DNA from: Clostridia bacterium
Lineage (GTDB): Bacteria > Bacillota > Clostridia > Acetivibrionales > STF1-152
DNA: 64,000 nucleotides
Assembly (NCBI GenBank): GCA_028280575.1
Contig: JANQLN010000067.1
Location: 17,325 to 81,324 of the forward strand
Direction: 5' to 3'
Shown here: positions 44,833-52,856 of the stretch, piece by piece
How the letters are laid out: each line of letters begins with the position of its first letter
Position numbering within the stretch: position 1 is the first letter of the stretch
Made by a program: the position numbers and the translations under genes
Notes under the pieces: generated by a model
Databases searched by the model: none
Told to the model about the DNA's origin: nothing
What the model saw: the letters and a program-made list of their open reading frames with translations, nothing else

Positions 44833-45729
44833 TTGGGCAGATATTATAAAACAAGCATTGAAGAATTAAGTCCCTACGTAAGAAAAGCAGGAAAGCAGGA
44901 GCAGAATTCCAGCATACGGAACAGGAAAATCTATGACCACGAGTTTCTCTACTGCCTGGGCGGCAAATCATATATGTCCATAGAAGACAGGAAATATGAT
45001 ATACAAAAGGATAGCCTTGTTCTGGTAAAGCCCGATATGCATCACAGTTTTATAATGGATGAAAATAACCCGGCAGTCATGCTGTGGGTACATTTTGACT
45101 ATATATACAGGGAAGACGTAACCAGCCTTGACGAGCTTTTAGCCAGCAGGCAAAGCGTTCTATACAGCACAAAGCTGCCTCTTGAAAAATTCATACGGCC
45201 CGAGCCCGTATTTGAAAATGGATACAGGTTTCCTGAGCTTATAACGGTAAAACAGAATTTGATTATGGCGGATATATTTAAAAAAATAGTTTCGGCTTAC
45301 ATGGGCTCGGTTCACCTTTGGCAGCTTGAATGCAAAATTCTTCTTCTTAAAATTTTTGAATTGATACTTCATCAGACCTCGAAAGTAAAAAATATCCGGT
45401 CTGAAAGCAACAGCAGTTCTATCAAATTAATAAAAAACTATATTAAAAAAAATTATTACCGGAAAATATCCGTTAAGGAACTTGCAAATGTTGCAGGGTT
45501 GAGCAGGGATTACACCGGCAAGCTTTTTAAGTGGGAGACAGGAAAAACCCTGACAGGGTATATAAATGAAATACGCATTCAAAAAGCCAAGGAGCTGCTT
45601 TATGCAACAGATTTAAGCATTACAAACCTTGCCGAAATAGTTGGTTTCAGCGATGTATACTATTTCAGCAAGGTAATGAAGCAATATGAAGGTGTATCTC
45701 CCGCAAATTGGAGAAAGCATAACCTTTAA
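44833..45729 (+). CDS. AraC family transcriptional regulator (cupin sensor plus HTH_18)
   Basis: The C-terminal AraC HTH is ISVKELANVAGLSRDYTGKLFKWETG...ITNLAEIVGFSDVYYFSKVMK. The TTG start from the ORF track is uncertain because the RBS spacing is poor. Confidence 0.8.
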   Translation: MGRYYKTSIEELSPYVRKAGKQEQNSSIRNRKIYDHEFLYCLGGKSYMSIEDRKYDIQKDSLVLVKPDMHHSFIMDENNPAVMLWVHFDYIYREDVTSLDELLASRQSVLYSTKLPLEKFIRPEPVFENGYRFPELITVKQNLIMADIFKKIVSAYMGSVHLWQLECKILLLKIFELILHQTSKVKNIRSESNSSSIKLIKNYIKKNYYRKISVKELANVAGLSRDYTGKLFKWETGKTLTGYINEIRIQKAKELLYATDLSITNLAEIVGFSDVYYFSKVMKQYEGVSPANWRKHNL

Positions 45730-45829
45730 GGGGTTTCATTAATATATTAAGTTTATAGACAACACACATTTGACCTATATTATGTATATTATATATAAGT
45801 AAGATGCTTTTAAAGGAGGAAAGAGCAAT

Positions 45830-46099
45830 ATGTCATGTTTAAGTAACATAAGTCCTGAACAATTGACTTTAATAGCCTGCCTGATAGGATTGGTTTTATC
45901 ACAGGAGCTTGATTCCAACGAGCAGAATATATTGGGCAATCTCCTGACAGAGACAGGCCAGACACTTCTGACCGTAGGTGCCCAGACACAAAACCAGAAT
46001 GACCAGCAGCAAAATGAAGACCAAATCCTGCTTCTTTCCCAGCAAATTGAAAACCTGAACCTGCAAATAAACGTTCTCAAACGCCAAATGAAAAAATAA
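45830..46099 (+). CDS. Small Gln/Asn-rich hypothetical protein with a C-terminal coiled-coil-like tail
   Basis: 89 aa with a strong RBS (AAAGGAGGAAAG). The N-terminal half is hydrophobic (LTLIACLIGLVLS). The C-terminal half is Q/N-rich with heptad-like spacing. Confidence 0.6.
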   Translation: MSCLSNISPEQLTLIACLIGLVLSQELDSNEQNILGNLLTETGQTLLTVGAQTQNQNDQQQNEDQILLLSQQIENLNLQINVLKRQMKK

Positions 46100-46106
46100 A
46101 ACCCAA

Positions 46107-46886
46107 TTAAATATCCAATTGCAGCCTTTTATTAAAAAATGTCTTATAACCCATCTGAACAAATAGAATAACCGTAAGGGATACGCTTCCCAGAATTCCC
46201 AGCATGATTGCTATCTGATACTCAATGGCGGTAAGAGGCGGTGTTCCCGACAAAATCTGACCTGTCATCATCCCGGGCAGGGATACTATACCCATGCCTA
46301 CCATGGAGTTGATTGTGGGAAGAATGGCGGAATCAAAGGCATTGTTTACGATGTCCCGTGTTGCGGCCTTAGGTGTTGCTCCCATCATTAGAGCATTTTC
46401 CACAAGGTGTTTGTTATTTTTCATACTATCAACCAGACGTACGGTACCGAGTGAAATACCTGTCATTGAGTTTCCTACCAGCATACCGGCTATGGGAATA
46501 AAATACCTGGGGTCATACCATGGTGAAATGCTTACAACAACAATTAAAAAGTAGGCAAGGCTGGTCAGTGTGCCTAAACCCAAAGACAATACAATTGTCT
46601 TTTTAAGCTTTGGCGTAAGCTCCACTCTAACCCTTTTAAAGGTATTGTGTATAGCAAATACTTCCATAAAAACTATGATGAGAATAGTATACAGAGGATG
46701 GACATTGTTAAAAACATATGTAAGAACATAGCCCAGCAATATTAGCTGAACAGTCATGCGGAGGGTTGAGATTAAAATCTCCTTTTCCCTGTTTATACCC
46801 CTTCTCCTTACAATAAATAATAGTATTACAATGAAAATATAAGCTGCAGCCATTTGCAGGATTCCAAGATTCTTAACCGCATTCAT
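46107..46886 (-). CDS. FetB/YbbM-like (UPF0014) ABC transporter permease
   Basis: 259 aa with about seven hydrophobic helices. It resembles the iron-export permease family. No FetA-like ATPase gene is adjacent. Confidence 0.6.
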   Translation of the reverse strand: MNAVKNLGILQMAAAYIFIVILLFIVRRRGINREKEILISTLRMTVQLILLGYVLTYVFNNVHPLYTILIIVFMEVFAIHNTFKRVRVELTPKLKKTIVLSLGLGTLTSLAYFLIVVVSISPWYDPRYFIPIAGMLVGNSMTGISLGTVRLVDSMKNNKHLVENALMMGATPKAATRDIVNNAFDSAILPTINSMVGMGIVSLPGMMTGQILSGTPPLTAIEYQIAIMLGILGSVSLTVILFVQMGYKTFFNKRLQLDI

Positions 46887-47015
46887 TAAGCCTTCCCCCT
46901 TTTGTTTTTAAAAGCAAACTGCCGGTTTTAATCTGTAAACTGTTACGGCCTATGAAATACACAAAGGTCATAATGCTTAGAATTGTGACTTTATATAGTA
47001 AGGAGAAATAAAATA

Positions 47016-47528
47016 TTACTTCCTCAAATTGGCATAGCCTTCCTTGAGCATATTATCAGATTGGAATTTTAAACACATGTCAAGAAGCTGGCTTCCGTTG
47101 ATACATGTTATAACATTCTTGTAACAGAAATTCCTTGTATTATTATTGAAATCCCCCAGGCTTATGAACATGCCCTTGTATATGGAATCCTTATACATAT
47201 GGTCGGCCAGTTTCCTGGCAAGCTCCACATTAACAAGTTTATTAAGTGAATGCTTTTTAATCATCACATAACACATATCATCCAAAATGAGTCCGTTGTC
47301 ACCCTCACCGAATTTATCGGTCATTTTGACGCAGTGCCCTTTCCTTCTGAATATTTCCGCAACCAAATGCTCAAGATCCTTAAAATGCATAAATAACAAG
47401 TCCTGCTTTGACTTAATGCTGTTAAGGTATTTGTCGGCTCTTGCCTTGCAGGTGTAGTCATTCACAATATAGTACATATTTATTGCAATTTTATATATTA
47501 TAAACATTAATATAATAAAAATAATCAA
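47016..47528 (-). CDS. Membrane-anchored restriction-endonuclease-like (Mrr_cat) domain protein
   Basis: An N-terminal TM helix. The core LEHLVAEIFRRKGHCV...GDNGLIL...YVMIKK...GMFISLGDF matches the Mrr_cat layout. The expected (E/Q)xK position reads MIK. Confidence 0.5.
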   Translation of the reverse strand: MIIFIILMFIIYKIAINMYYIVNDYTCKARADKYLNSIKSKQDLLFMHFKDLEHLVAEIFRRKGHCVKMTDKFGEGDNGLILDDMCYVMIKKHSLNKLVNVELARKLADHMYKDSIYKGMFISLGDFNNNTRNFCYKNVITCINGSQLLDMCLKFQSDNMLKEGYANLRK

Positions 47529-47829
47529 TTACATCACCTGCACTTGCTAATATTTTTAGTATCAATTCTATTTTACATAAAAAAACATGATACTATTCAA
47601 AAATAGTCTGGAAATATTTACAAACCCCCTCCGGCCATCAATTAGTTTTAATTCCCAATAATTTATTATATCATAAAAATTTGAATTTATTAATTCGGCA
47701 AATTGCTTTTTGCAGGCAAATTATTCCTTACTGCCAGATTTAGTTATGTCGAATTTTATATTATATTATGTTTTTCTGTCAAAAAATGATATAATGTAAA
47801 TATAGTTATTTCGAAAAGGGGAGATACTT

Positions 47830-49206
47830 TTGAGAAAAACATTTGTTTTAGACACTAATGTATTACTGCAGACTCCACTGGCAATTTACTCTTTTGACAA
47901 TAACATTGTCGTCATACCCGAAGTCGTTTTAGAGGAACTGGACAAATTCAAAAAGGACAATTCTGAATTGGGTGCCAACGCCCGTCATGCCGCAAGGCTT
48001 TTCGATACGCTTAGGGCAAGGGGAAAATTAAATGAAGGTGTTGGACTTGACAACGGAGGCATTCTACGGGTTGAAATGAACTTCCATGATATAGACCTGC
48101 CTCAAAGCTGGGACCCAAATAGCAATGACAATAGGATACTTAAAATCTGCAAAGGCCTTCTGATGGAAGGCGAAAACGTAATTCTTATAACCAAGGATAT
48201 TTTCGAGAGGATAAAAGCCGACATCATGGGGGTAGTTTCCCAGGATTTCCAGGCAGAGCAGGTAAGCTCCTATGACGAACAATATAAAGGCTGCTTAACT
48301 GTCTATACTTCCGAGAGCAATATAAACAATTTTTATAATAATGGAAAGCTTAAGAAAAATGAAGTTTTTTCATTCTCATCGGACTATGGTAAAAAGCGGG
48401 ATGTTGAGCTTGTAACCAACCAGTTTCTTATTATTCATTCCTGTGATAATGACAAGCATACCGCTCTGGCACGTTATGACGGTAAGGAAATTGTTTCATT
48501 GAAATTTTTGAATGAAAGGCCATTTGGAGTAACTCCCAGGAATACAGGACAGAAATTCATGCAGGAAGCACTTATGATGGACGCTGACAAGGTGCCCCTT
48601 GTTATTGTGAAGGGACCTGCAGGCACAGCCAAAACCTTCTATTCTCTTGCTGTGGGGCTTTATAAAATAATGATTGAACAAAAAAACCTTTACAGGAAAA
48701 TACTTGTGTGCAGGCCAAATATCATGCTGGACGAAGACATCGGTTTTTTACCGGGTACGGAGCAGGATAAAATAGCTCCTTTTTTAAGGCCGGTTATAGA
48801 CAACCTGGAAGTATTGGTTGACAACGATGAAAATGAACGTTACAGTTCGGAAAAAGAATTAAGGGATAAGATAGATGAACTATTTGACCGCAAAATTGTC
48901 AGCACCGAAGCAATAGCCTTTATAAGGGGGCGTTCTATTGCAAAGCAGTGGGTTATAATTGATGAAGCTCAAAACCTTACCCCCAGGCAGGTAAAGGGAA
49001 TAATAACCCGCGCAGGTATGGGGACTAAAATTGTATTGATTGGGGACCCCGAACAAATTGACCATCCCTTCCTGGATATAAGGACAAACGGTTTATGCTA
49101 TGCTGCGGAAAAGATGAAGGGCAGCCCGTTATGCTACCAGATAACCCTAACCGAGGAAGAATGTGTCCGCTCCGACCTTGCATATGAAGGGGCCAGGAAA
49201 ATGTAA
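47830..49206 (+). CDS. PIN-domain plus PhoH-like ATPase (PhoH2/YlaK family)
   Basis: The N-terminal PIN block is FVLDTNVLL. Walker A is GPAGTAKT and Walker B is IIDEAQN. The TTG start is preceded by GGGGAG. Confidence 0.85.
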   Translation: MRKTFVLDTNVLLQTPLAIYSFDNNIVVIPEVVLEELDKFKKDNSELGANARHAARLFDTLRARGKLNEGVGLDNGGILRVEMNFHDIDLPQSWDPNSNDNRILKICKGLLMEGENVILITKDIFERIKADIMGVVSQDFQAEQVSSYDEQYKGCLTVYTSESNINNFYNNGKLKKNEVFSFSSDYGKKRDVELVTNQFLIIHSCDNDKHTALARYDGKEIVSLKFLNERPFGVTPRNTGQKFMQEALMMDADKVPLVIVKGPAGTAKTFYSLAVGLYKIMIEQKNLYRKILVCRPNIMLDEDIGFLPGTEQDKIAPFLRPVIDNLEVLVDNDENERYSSEKELRDKIDELFDRKIVSTEAIAFIRGRSIAKQWVIIDEAQNLTPRQVKGIITRAGMGTKIVLIGDPEQIDHPFLDIRTNGLCYAAEKMKGSPLCYQITLTEEECVRSDLAYEGARKM

Positions 49207-49254
49207 GAAAAAAATCCAGCAACAAGTACTAATTTTTAACCGGCAGTGGTCCCT

Positions 49255-49728
49255 TCACCCAAATATTCTGTTTTTGTTCTTCTGGAGCAATAACAATAAC
49301 GGGTAGCCCAACAGATAGCAGGCTATGGTCTGTCCAATTGCAACATAGCCCATAATAGCTGCCAGCGGGAGAGGATATTCGTATATCACCTTTAGCATCC
49401 AGCCTACAGCCAAGGCATTTACAACAATTGGCGGAACAGGTGCAAGCCAGCGCTTTGGCATATAATAGGTAATCACGGCGGCAATAAGGGTTGCGCTGCT
49501 TCCGATAACGGCATCAATAATACCATTGGGTCCAATCAAATTAGCTGCAAAGCATCCTACAAACAATCCGGGAATTGCAGCAGGCGTAAAAAAAGGCAGG
49601 ATTGCCAATGCCTCGGCAAACCTTATCTGGACTTCACCGTATGCAAGAAAACCAAGTCCTACCGTTAATGACGCATACATAGATGCAATAATGCCTGCCT
49701 CCACAATAAACTTCGTACTTTTATCCAT
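49255..49728 (-). CDS. queT: QueT-family queuosine-precursor transporter
   Basis: 157-aa polytopic protein with family-like blocks (RFAEALAILPFFTPAAIPGLFVG). It lies directly downstream of a preQ1-I riboswitch. RBS is GGAGGT. Confidence 0.75.
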   Translation of the reverse strand: MDKSTKFIVEAGIIASMYASLTVGLGFLAYGEVQIRFAEALAILPFFTPAAIPGLFVGCFAANLIGPNGIIDAVIGSSATLIAAVITYYMPKRWLAPVPPIVVNALAVGWMLKVIYEYPLPLAAIMGYVAIGQTIACYLLGYPLLLLLQKNKNRIFG

Positions 49729-49773
49729 AATCTGACCTCCGGAATCTGCTCGTCACCACCTTAAAAAAGTCCT

Positions 49774-49803
49774 AAAAAACAAAAGAGGGCACAAATGCCC
49801 TCT
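49774..49803 (-). terminator. Expression-platform terminator of the preQ1 riboswitch
   Basis: On the minus strand: AGAGGGC-atttgt-GCCCTCT followed by TTTGTTTTTT. The aptamer tail AAGGGC can alternatively pair with GCCCT in the 3' arm of the hairpin. Confidence 0.65.
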
Positions 49804-49814
49804 ATAATACAAAG

Positions 49815-49854
49815 CCCTTAGTTTTGTTTATAGACAGGATGGTTTCGAACTGTC
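49815..49854 (-). promoter_or_regulatory. preQ1 class I riboswitch aptamer
   Basis: On the minus strand: GACAG-UUCGAAACCAUC-CUGUC-UAUAAACAAAACUAAGGG. This matches the remembered preQ1-I pattern: a 5-bp P1, a loop starting UUC, and an A-rich tail ending ACUAAGG. It lies upstream of queT. Confidence 0.75.
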
Positions 49855-49879
49855 TTATTTAATTATATCTCCGTAATTT

Positions 49880-49908
49880 AATATATCACAGCTTATTCCT
49901 GATTGCAA
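49880..49908 (-). promoter_or_regulatory. Candidate sigma-A promoter for the riboswitch-queT transcript
   Basis: On the minus strand: TTGCAA, a 17-nt spacer, then TATATT. It lies about 25 nt upstream of the aptamer. Confidence 0.45.
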
Positions 49909-49930
49909 GCAGTCATAAATTTTATGATAT

Positions 49931-51013
49931 TCAATCTCCAAAGCAAGTTCCCAGATTGCGCGCATCTGTTATTAACTGGTGCTCGCATGGAACCAGCTTA
50001 AGTTTTCCGGCAATTTCCTCAAGGGGTACTGCTGTGACCAGATTATTCTCCATTGCTACCATTTTGCCGTAGTTTTTGGTATATACAAGCTCTGCTGCCG
50101 CTGCGCCAAGCCTTGTAGCAATAATTCTATCATATGCACTCGGGGCGCCGCCCCTTTGCTGGTACCCGAGTACCGATACCCTCACATCCATTTTAATATG
50201 GCTTGATATTGCTTCTGAAATATTATAGCCCACAGTTGAGCTTTTCTCCATCTTTCGCTTTTTTTTAAGCTCCTTGCTGCCAAGCTTTGACTCTTCAACG
50301 GACAAAGCCCCCTCCGCCACAACTAATATGGAAAATGCTTTCCCTCCGTTTGCCCTTTCCACCAGATGACTCGTAATGCTGTCAATTTCATATGGTATTT
50401 CAGGTATAATAATAACATCTCCTCCACCTGCAATGCCTGAAAATAAAGCCAGCCAGCCGGCCTTGTGACCCATTACCTCCAGAATCATTACCCTGTTATG
50501 GGAATATGCGGTTGAATGCAGCCGGTCAACCGCTTCAGTTGCAATATCCAATGCGGTATGGAACCCAATGGTTACATCGGTGCCGTATAAGTCATTGTCA
50601 ATGGTCTTAGGCAGTCCCACTACATTTATACCCTCTTTTTGGAGCCTGCTTGAAGTTTTTTGTGAACCATTGCCTCCCAGCACTACTATGCATTCAAGAT
50701 TATATTTTTCACAATTAATTTTCATTTCTTCAATTTTGTCAATACCTTCCTCTTCAATAAGCTTGTCCCTTTTCTTAAAGGGTTTTTCCCTGGAAGTTCC
50801 CAAAATAGTACCGCCTTCGGTCAGTATACCTGAAACTGTCGCAGGATCAAGCTGTGTCATGTTTCCTTCAACAAGGCCTTTATAGCCGTTGTTTATAGCA
50901 ACAATATCCATTCCATACTTACCCATTGCTGTTTTTGCAACCGCTCTTATTGCCGCGTTCAAACCAGGGCAGTCTCCGCCGCTTGTAAGTATTCCAAAAG
51001 TTCTGTTTGCCAT
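49931..51013 (-). CDS. pfkA: 6-phosphofructokinase (phosphoryl donor not assignable by eye)
   Basis: Contains GILTSGGDCPGLNAAIR, GGNGS, PKTIDNDL and MGHKAG. I chose the ATG at 51013, preceded by GGAGGG. Confidence 0.85.
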   Translation of the reverse strand: MANRTFGILTSGGDCPGLNAAIRAVAKTAMGKYGMDIVAINNGYKGLVEGNMTQLDPATVSGILTEGGTILGTSREKPFKKRDKLIEEEGIDKIEEMKINCEKYNLECIVVLGGNGSQKTSSRLQKEGINVVGLPKTIDNDLYGTDVTIGFHTALDIATEAVDRLHSTAYSHNRVMILEVMGHKAGWLALFSGIAGGGDVIIIPEIPYEIDSITSHLVERANGGKAFSILVVAEGALSVEESKLGSKELKKKRKMEKSSTVGYNISEAISSHIKMDVRVSVLGYQQRGGAPSAYDRIIATRLGAAAAELVYTKNYGKMVAMENNLVTAVPLEEIAGKLKLVPCEHQLITDARNLGTCFGD

Positions 51014-51051
51014 TTTACCCTCCATGAATTTTTTATTTTCTATATCAAAGG

Positions 51052-51120
51052 TATGTCAAGGGGACGGTTCTTATGACACATTTTGTAAAAATGTGTCATA
51101 AGAACCGTCCCCTTGACATA
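51052..51120. repeat. Perfect 33-bp inverted repeat with a 3-nt spacer, abutting the asnS stop codon
   Basis: TATGTCAAGGGGACGGTTCTTATGACACATTTT-gta-AAAATGTGTCATAAGAACCGTCCCCTTGACATA. I verified the arms base by base. No U-run follows on the minus strand. Confidence 0.9.
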
Positions 51121-52527
51121 TTAGAATTCTGCTGAGCCGACTGTCCTGGGAAAGGGTGAAACATCTCTTATGTTTGACATGCCGGTCATATACATTATTG
51201 CACGTTCAAAGCCAAGTCCGAAGCCTGCATGCCTGGTTCCTCCATATTTCCTCAAATCAAGATACCACCAGTAATCACCGGTGCAAAGCCCAAGCTCGTT
51301 CATCCTGCTTACAAGAATATCATGCCGCTCTTCTCTCTGGCTTCCCCCAATTATTTCACCAACACCCGGAACAAGAAGGTCCATTGCAGCCACAGTCTTC
51401 CCATCATCATTTTGCCTCATATAAAAAGCTTTTATATCTTTGGGATAATCCGTTACAAATACAGGCTTTTTAAATACTTTTTCGGTAATATACCTTTCAT
51501 GCTCAGTCTGCAGATCATTGCCCCATGAAACAGGATATTCAAAGTTTTCACAGCTTTTTTCCAAAATATTGATTGCTTCGGTATATGTTATTCTGGCAAA
51601 ATCGGAATTTATGACATTATCTAATTTTTCAAAAAGCCCTTTGTCTACAAAACGGTTAAAAAACTCCATTTCCTCAGGTGCATTATCCATAACATGCTTA
51701 AAAACAAACTTAATCATATCTTCAGCCAGGTCCATATCATCATTAAGGTCGGCAAAAGCAATTTCAGGCTCTATCATCCAGAACTCGGCAGCATGTCTGG
51801 GGGTATTTGAATTTTCAGCCCTGAATGTGGGACCGAAAGTGTAAACATTGCCAAATGCCATACAATATGACTCAACTGCCAATTGCCCGCTGACTGTAAG
51901 GCTGGTCTCCCTTCCAAAAAAATCCTTTGTAAAATCTATATATCCGTCATCATTTTTCGGTATGTCTCCAAAATCAAGGGTTGATACCCTGAACATCTCA
52001 CCTGCCCCCTCACAGTCACTTCCTGTAATAATGGGAGTATGTACATAGACAAAACCCCTGTCGTTAAAAAAACTGTGTATTGCATAAGCCAGCAGGGATC
52101 TTATTCTAAAAACTGCGGAAAATGTATTGGTCCTGGGTCTTAAATGGGATATGCTTCTTAAAAATTCAAACGAATGCCTTTTTTTCTGCAGCGGGTATTC
52201 CGGTGAGCTTTTTCCTTCAATGCTTATTACCCGGGCCTTTATTTCAAAGGGCTGCTTTTGAGCCGGCGATTTAACAAGCATGCCCTCAACAACTATGGCC
52301 GCCCCTGCTCCGAGCCTGGAAACATCCTTGAAATTGTCTATAATATTCTCTTCAAAAACAACCTGCAAGCTATTAAAAAACGATCCGTCGTTAAGCTCAA
52401 TAAAACCAAATGCTTTCGAGCTGCGGACAGTCCTTATCCAGCCCGACACCATAATTTTTGTATCAATATACTCATCCGTTTTTCTAAAAATATCTTTAAT
52501 TTTCAATCTTTTCACCAGTATCACCAC
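51121..52527 (-). CDS. asnS: Asparagine--tRNA ligase
   Basis: Class IIb layout: an N-terminal OB fold ([12 protein letters not shown]), motif 2 ([21 protein letters not shown]) and motif 3 ([12 protein letters not shown]). The exact start is uncertain, with GTG and TTG candidates at 52527-52504. Confidence 0.9.
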   Translation of the reverse strand: MVILVKRLKIKDIFRKTDEYIDTKIMVSGWIRTVRSSKAFGFIELNDGSFFNSLQVVFEENIIDNFKDVSRLGAGAAIVVEGMLVKSPAQKQPFEIKARVISIEGKSSPEYPLQKKRHSFEFLRSISHLRPRTNTFSAVFRIRSLLAYAIHSFFNDRGFVYVHTPIITGSDCEGAGEMFRVSTLDFGDIPKNDDGYIDFTKDFFGRETSLTVSGQLAVESYCMAFGNVYTFGPTFRAENSNTPRHAAEFWMIEPEIAFADLNDDMDLAEDMIKFVFKHVMDNAPEEMEFFNRFVDKGLFEKLDNVINSDFARITYTEAINILEKSCENFEYPVSWGNDLQTEHERYITEKVFKKPVFVTDYPKDIKAFYMRQNDDGKTVAAMDLLVPGVGEIIGGSQREERHDILVSRMNELGLCTGDYWWYLDLRKYGGTRHAGFGLGFERAIMYMTGMSNIRDVSPFPRTVGSAEF

Positions 52528-52586
52528 TCACCAGATTTTTTAATTTGAAGTTCTTAACTATCCTCTTGAGCAAATTGATTTACCTG

Positions 52587-52844
52587 TTAATCTATTTGCT
52601 TTATTTCAAACCTGTCAAAGTAAACTTTTTCATTAAATTGCTCGTCAAAGAAAAAAGTCCTTCGGAATCTGGAAAACTCCTTTGTATTCTTTTCGAGCCA
52701 CATGGGCACGGATATTTCCAACTCCTTACATACAGCCAGCAAGCATTTTTCCAAATTGTCCGTATATGAAATATTCTCATTGTTTTCAACAACTGCTTCA
52801 TTAACAATAACCGTACCCTTTATAAGCTTTCCAAAAAGCTTCAA
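52587..52844 (-). CDS. Hypothetical 85-aa protein translationally coupled to leuA
   Basis: The TTG start is preceded by AAGGGTGG, which overlaps the end of leuA. I recognised no family. Confidence 0.5.
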   Translation of the reverse strand: MKLFGKLIKGTVIVNEAVVENNENISYTDNLEKCLLAVCKELEISVPMWLEKNTKEFSRFRRTFFFDEQFNEKVYFDRFEIKQID

Positions 52845-52856
52845 AAAACCACCCTT

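Noticed and set aside
47016-49206. The Mrr_cat-like protein plus PIN-PhoH ATPase as a defence island.
   Set aside because: PIN-PhoH (YlaK-type) proteins are widespread housekeeping-type genes. The two genes are divergent rather than an operon. The nuclease-like protein appears catalytically degenerate. No methylase, helicase or other defence partner is present.
49784-49803. The hairpin AGAGGGC/GCCCTCT read as the pfk terminator.
   Set aside because: It lies downstream of the preQ1 aptamer, and its 3' arm can alternatively pair with the aptamer tail. It is better explained as the riboswitch expression platform, though it may also stop pfk read-through.
49841-49850. GGTTTCGAAC, which resembles a tRNA T-arm.
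   Set aside because: There is no acceptor or anticodon stem around it. It is the loop of the preQ1 aptamer read on the opposite strand.
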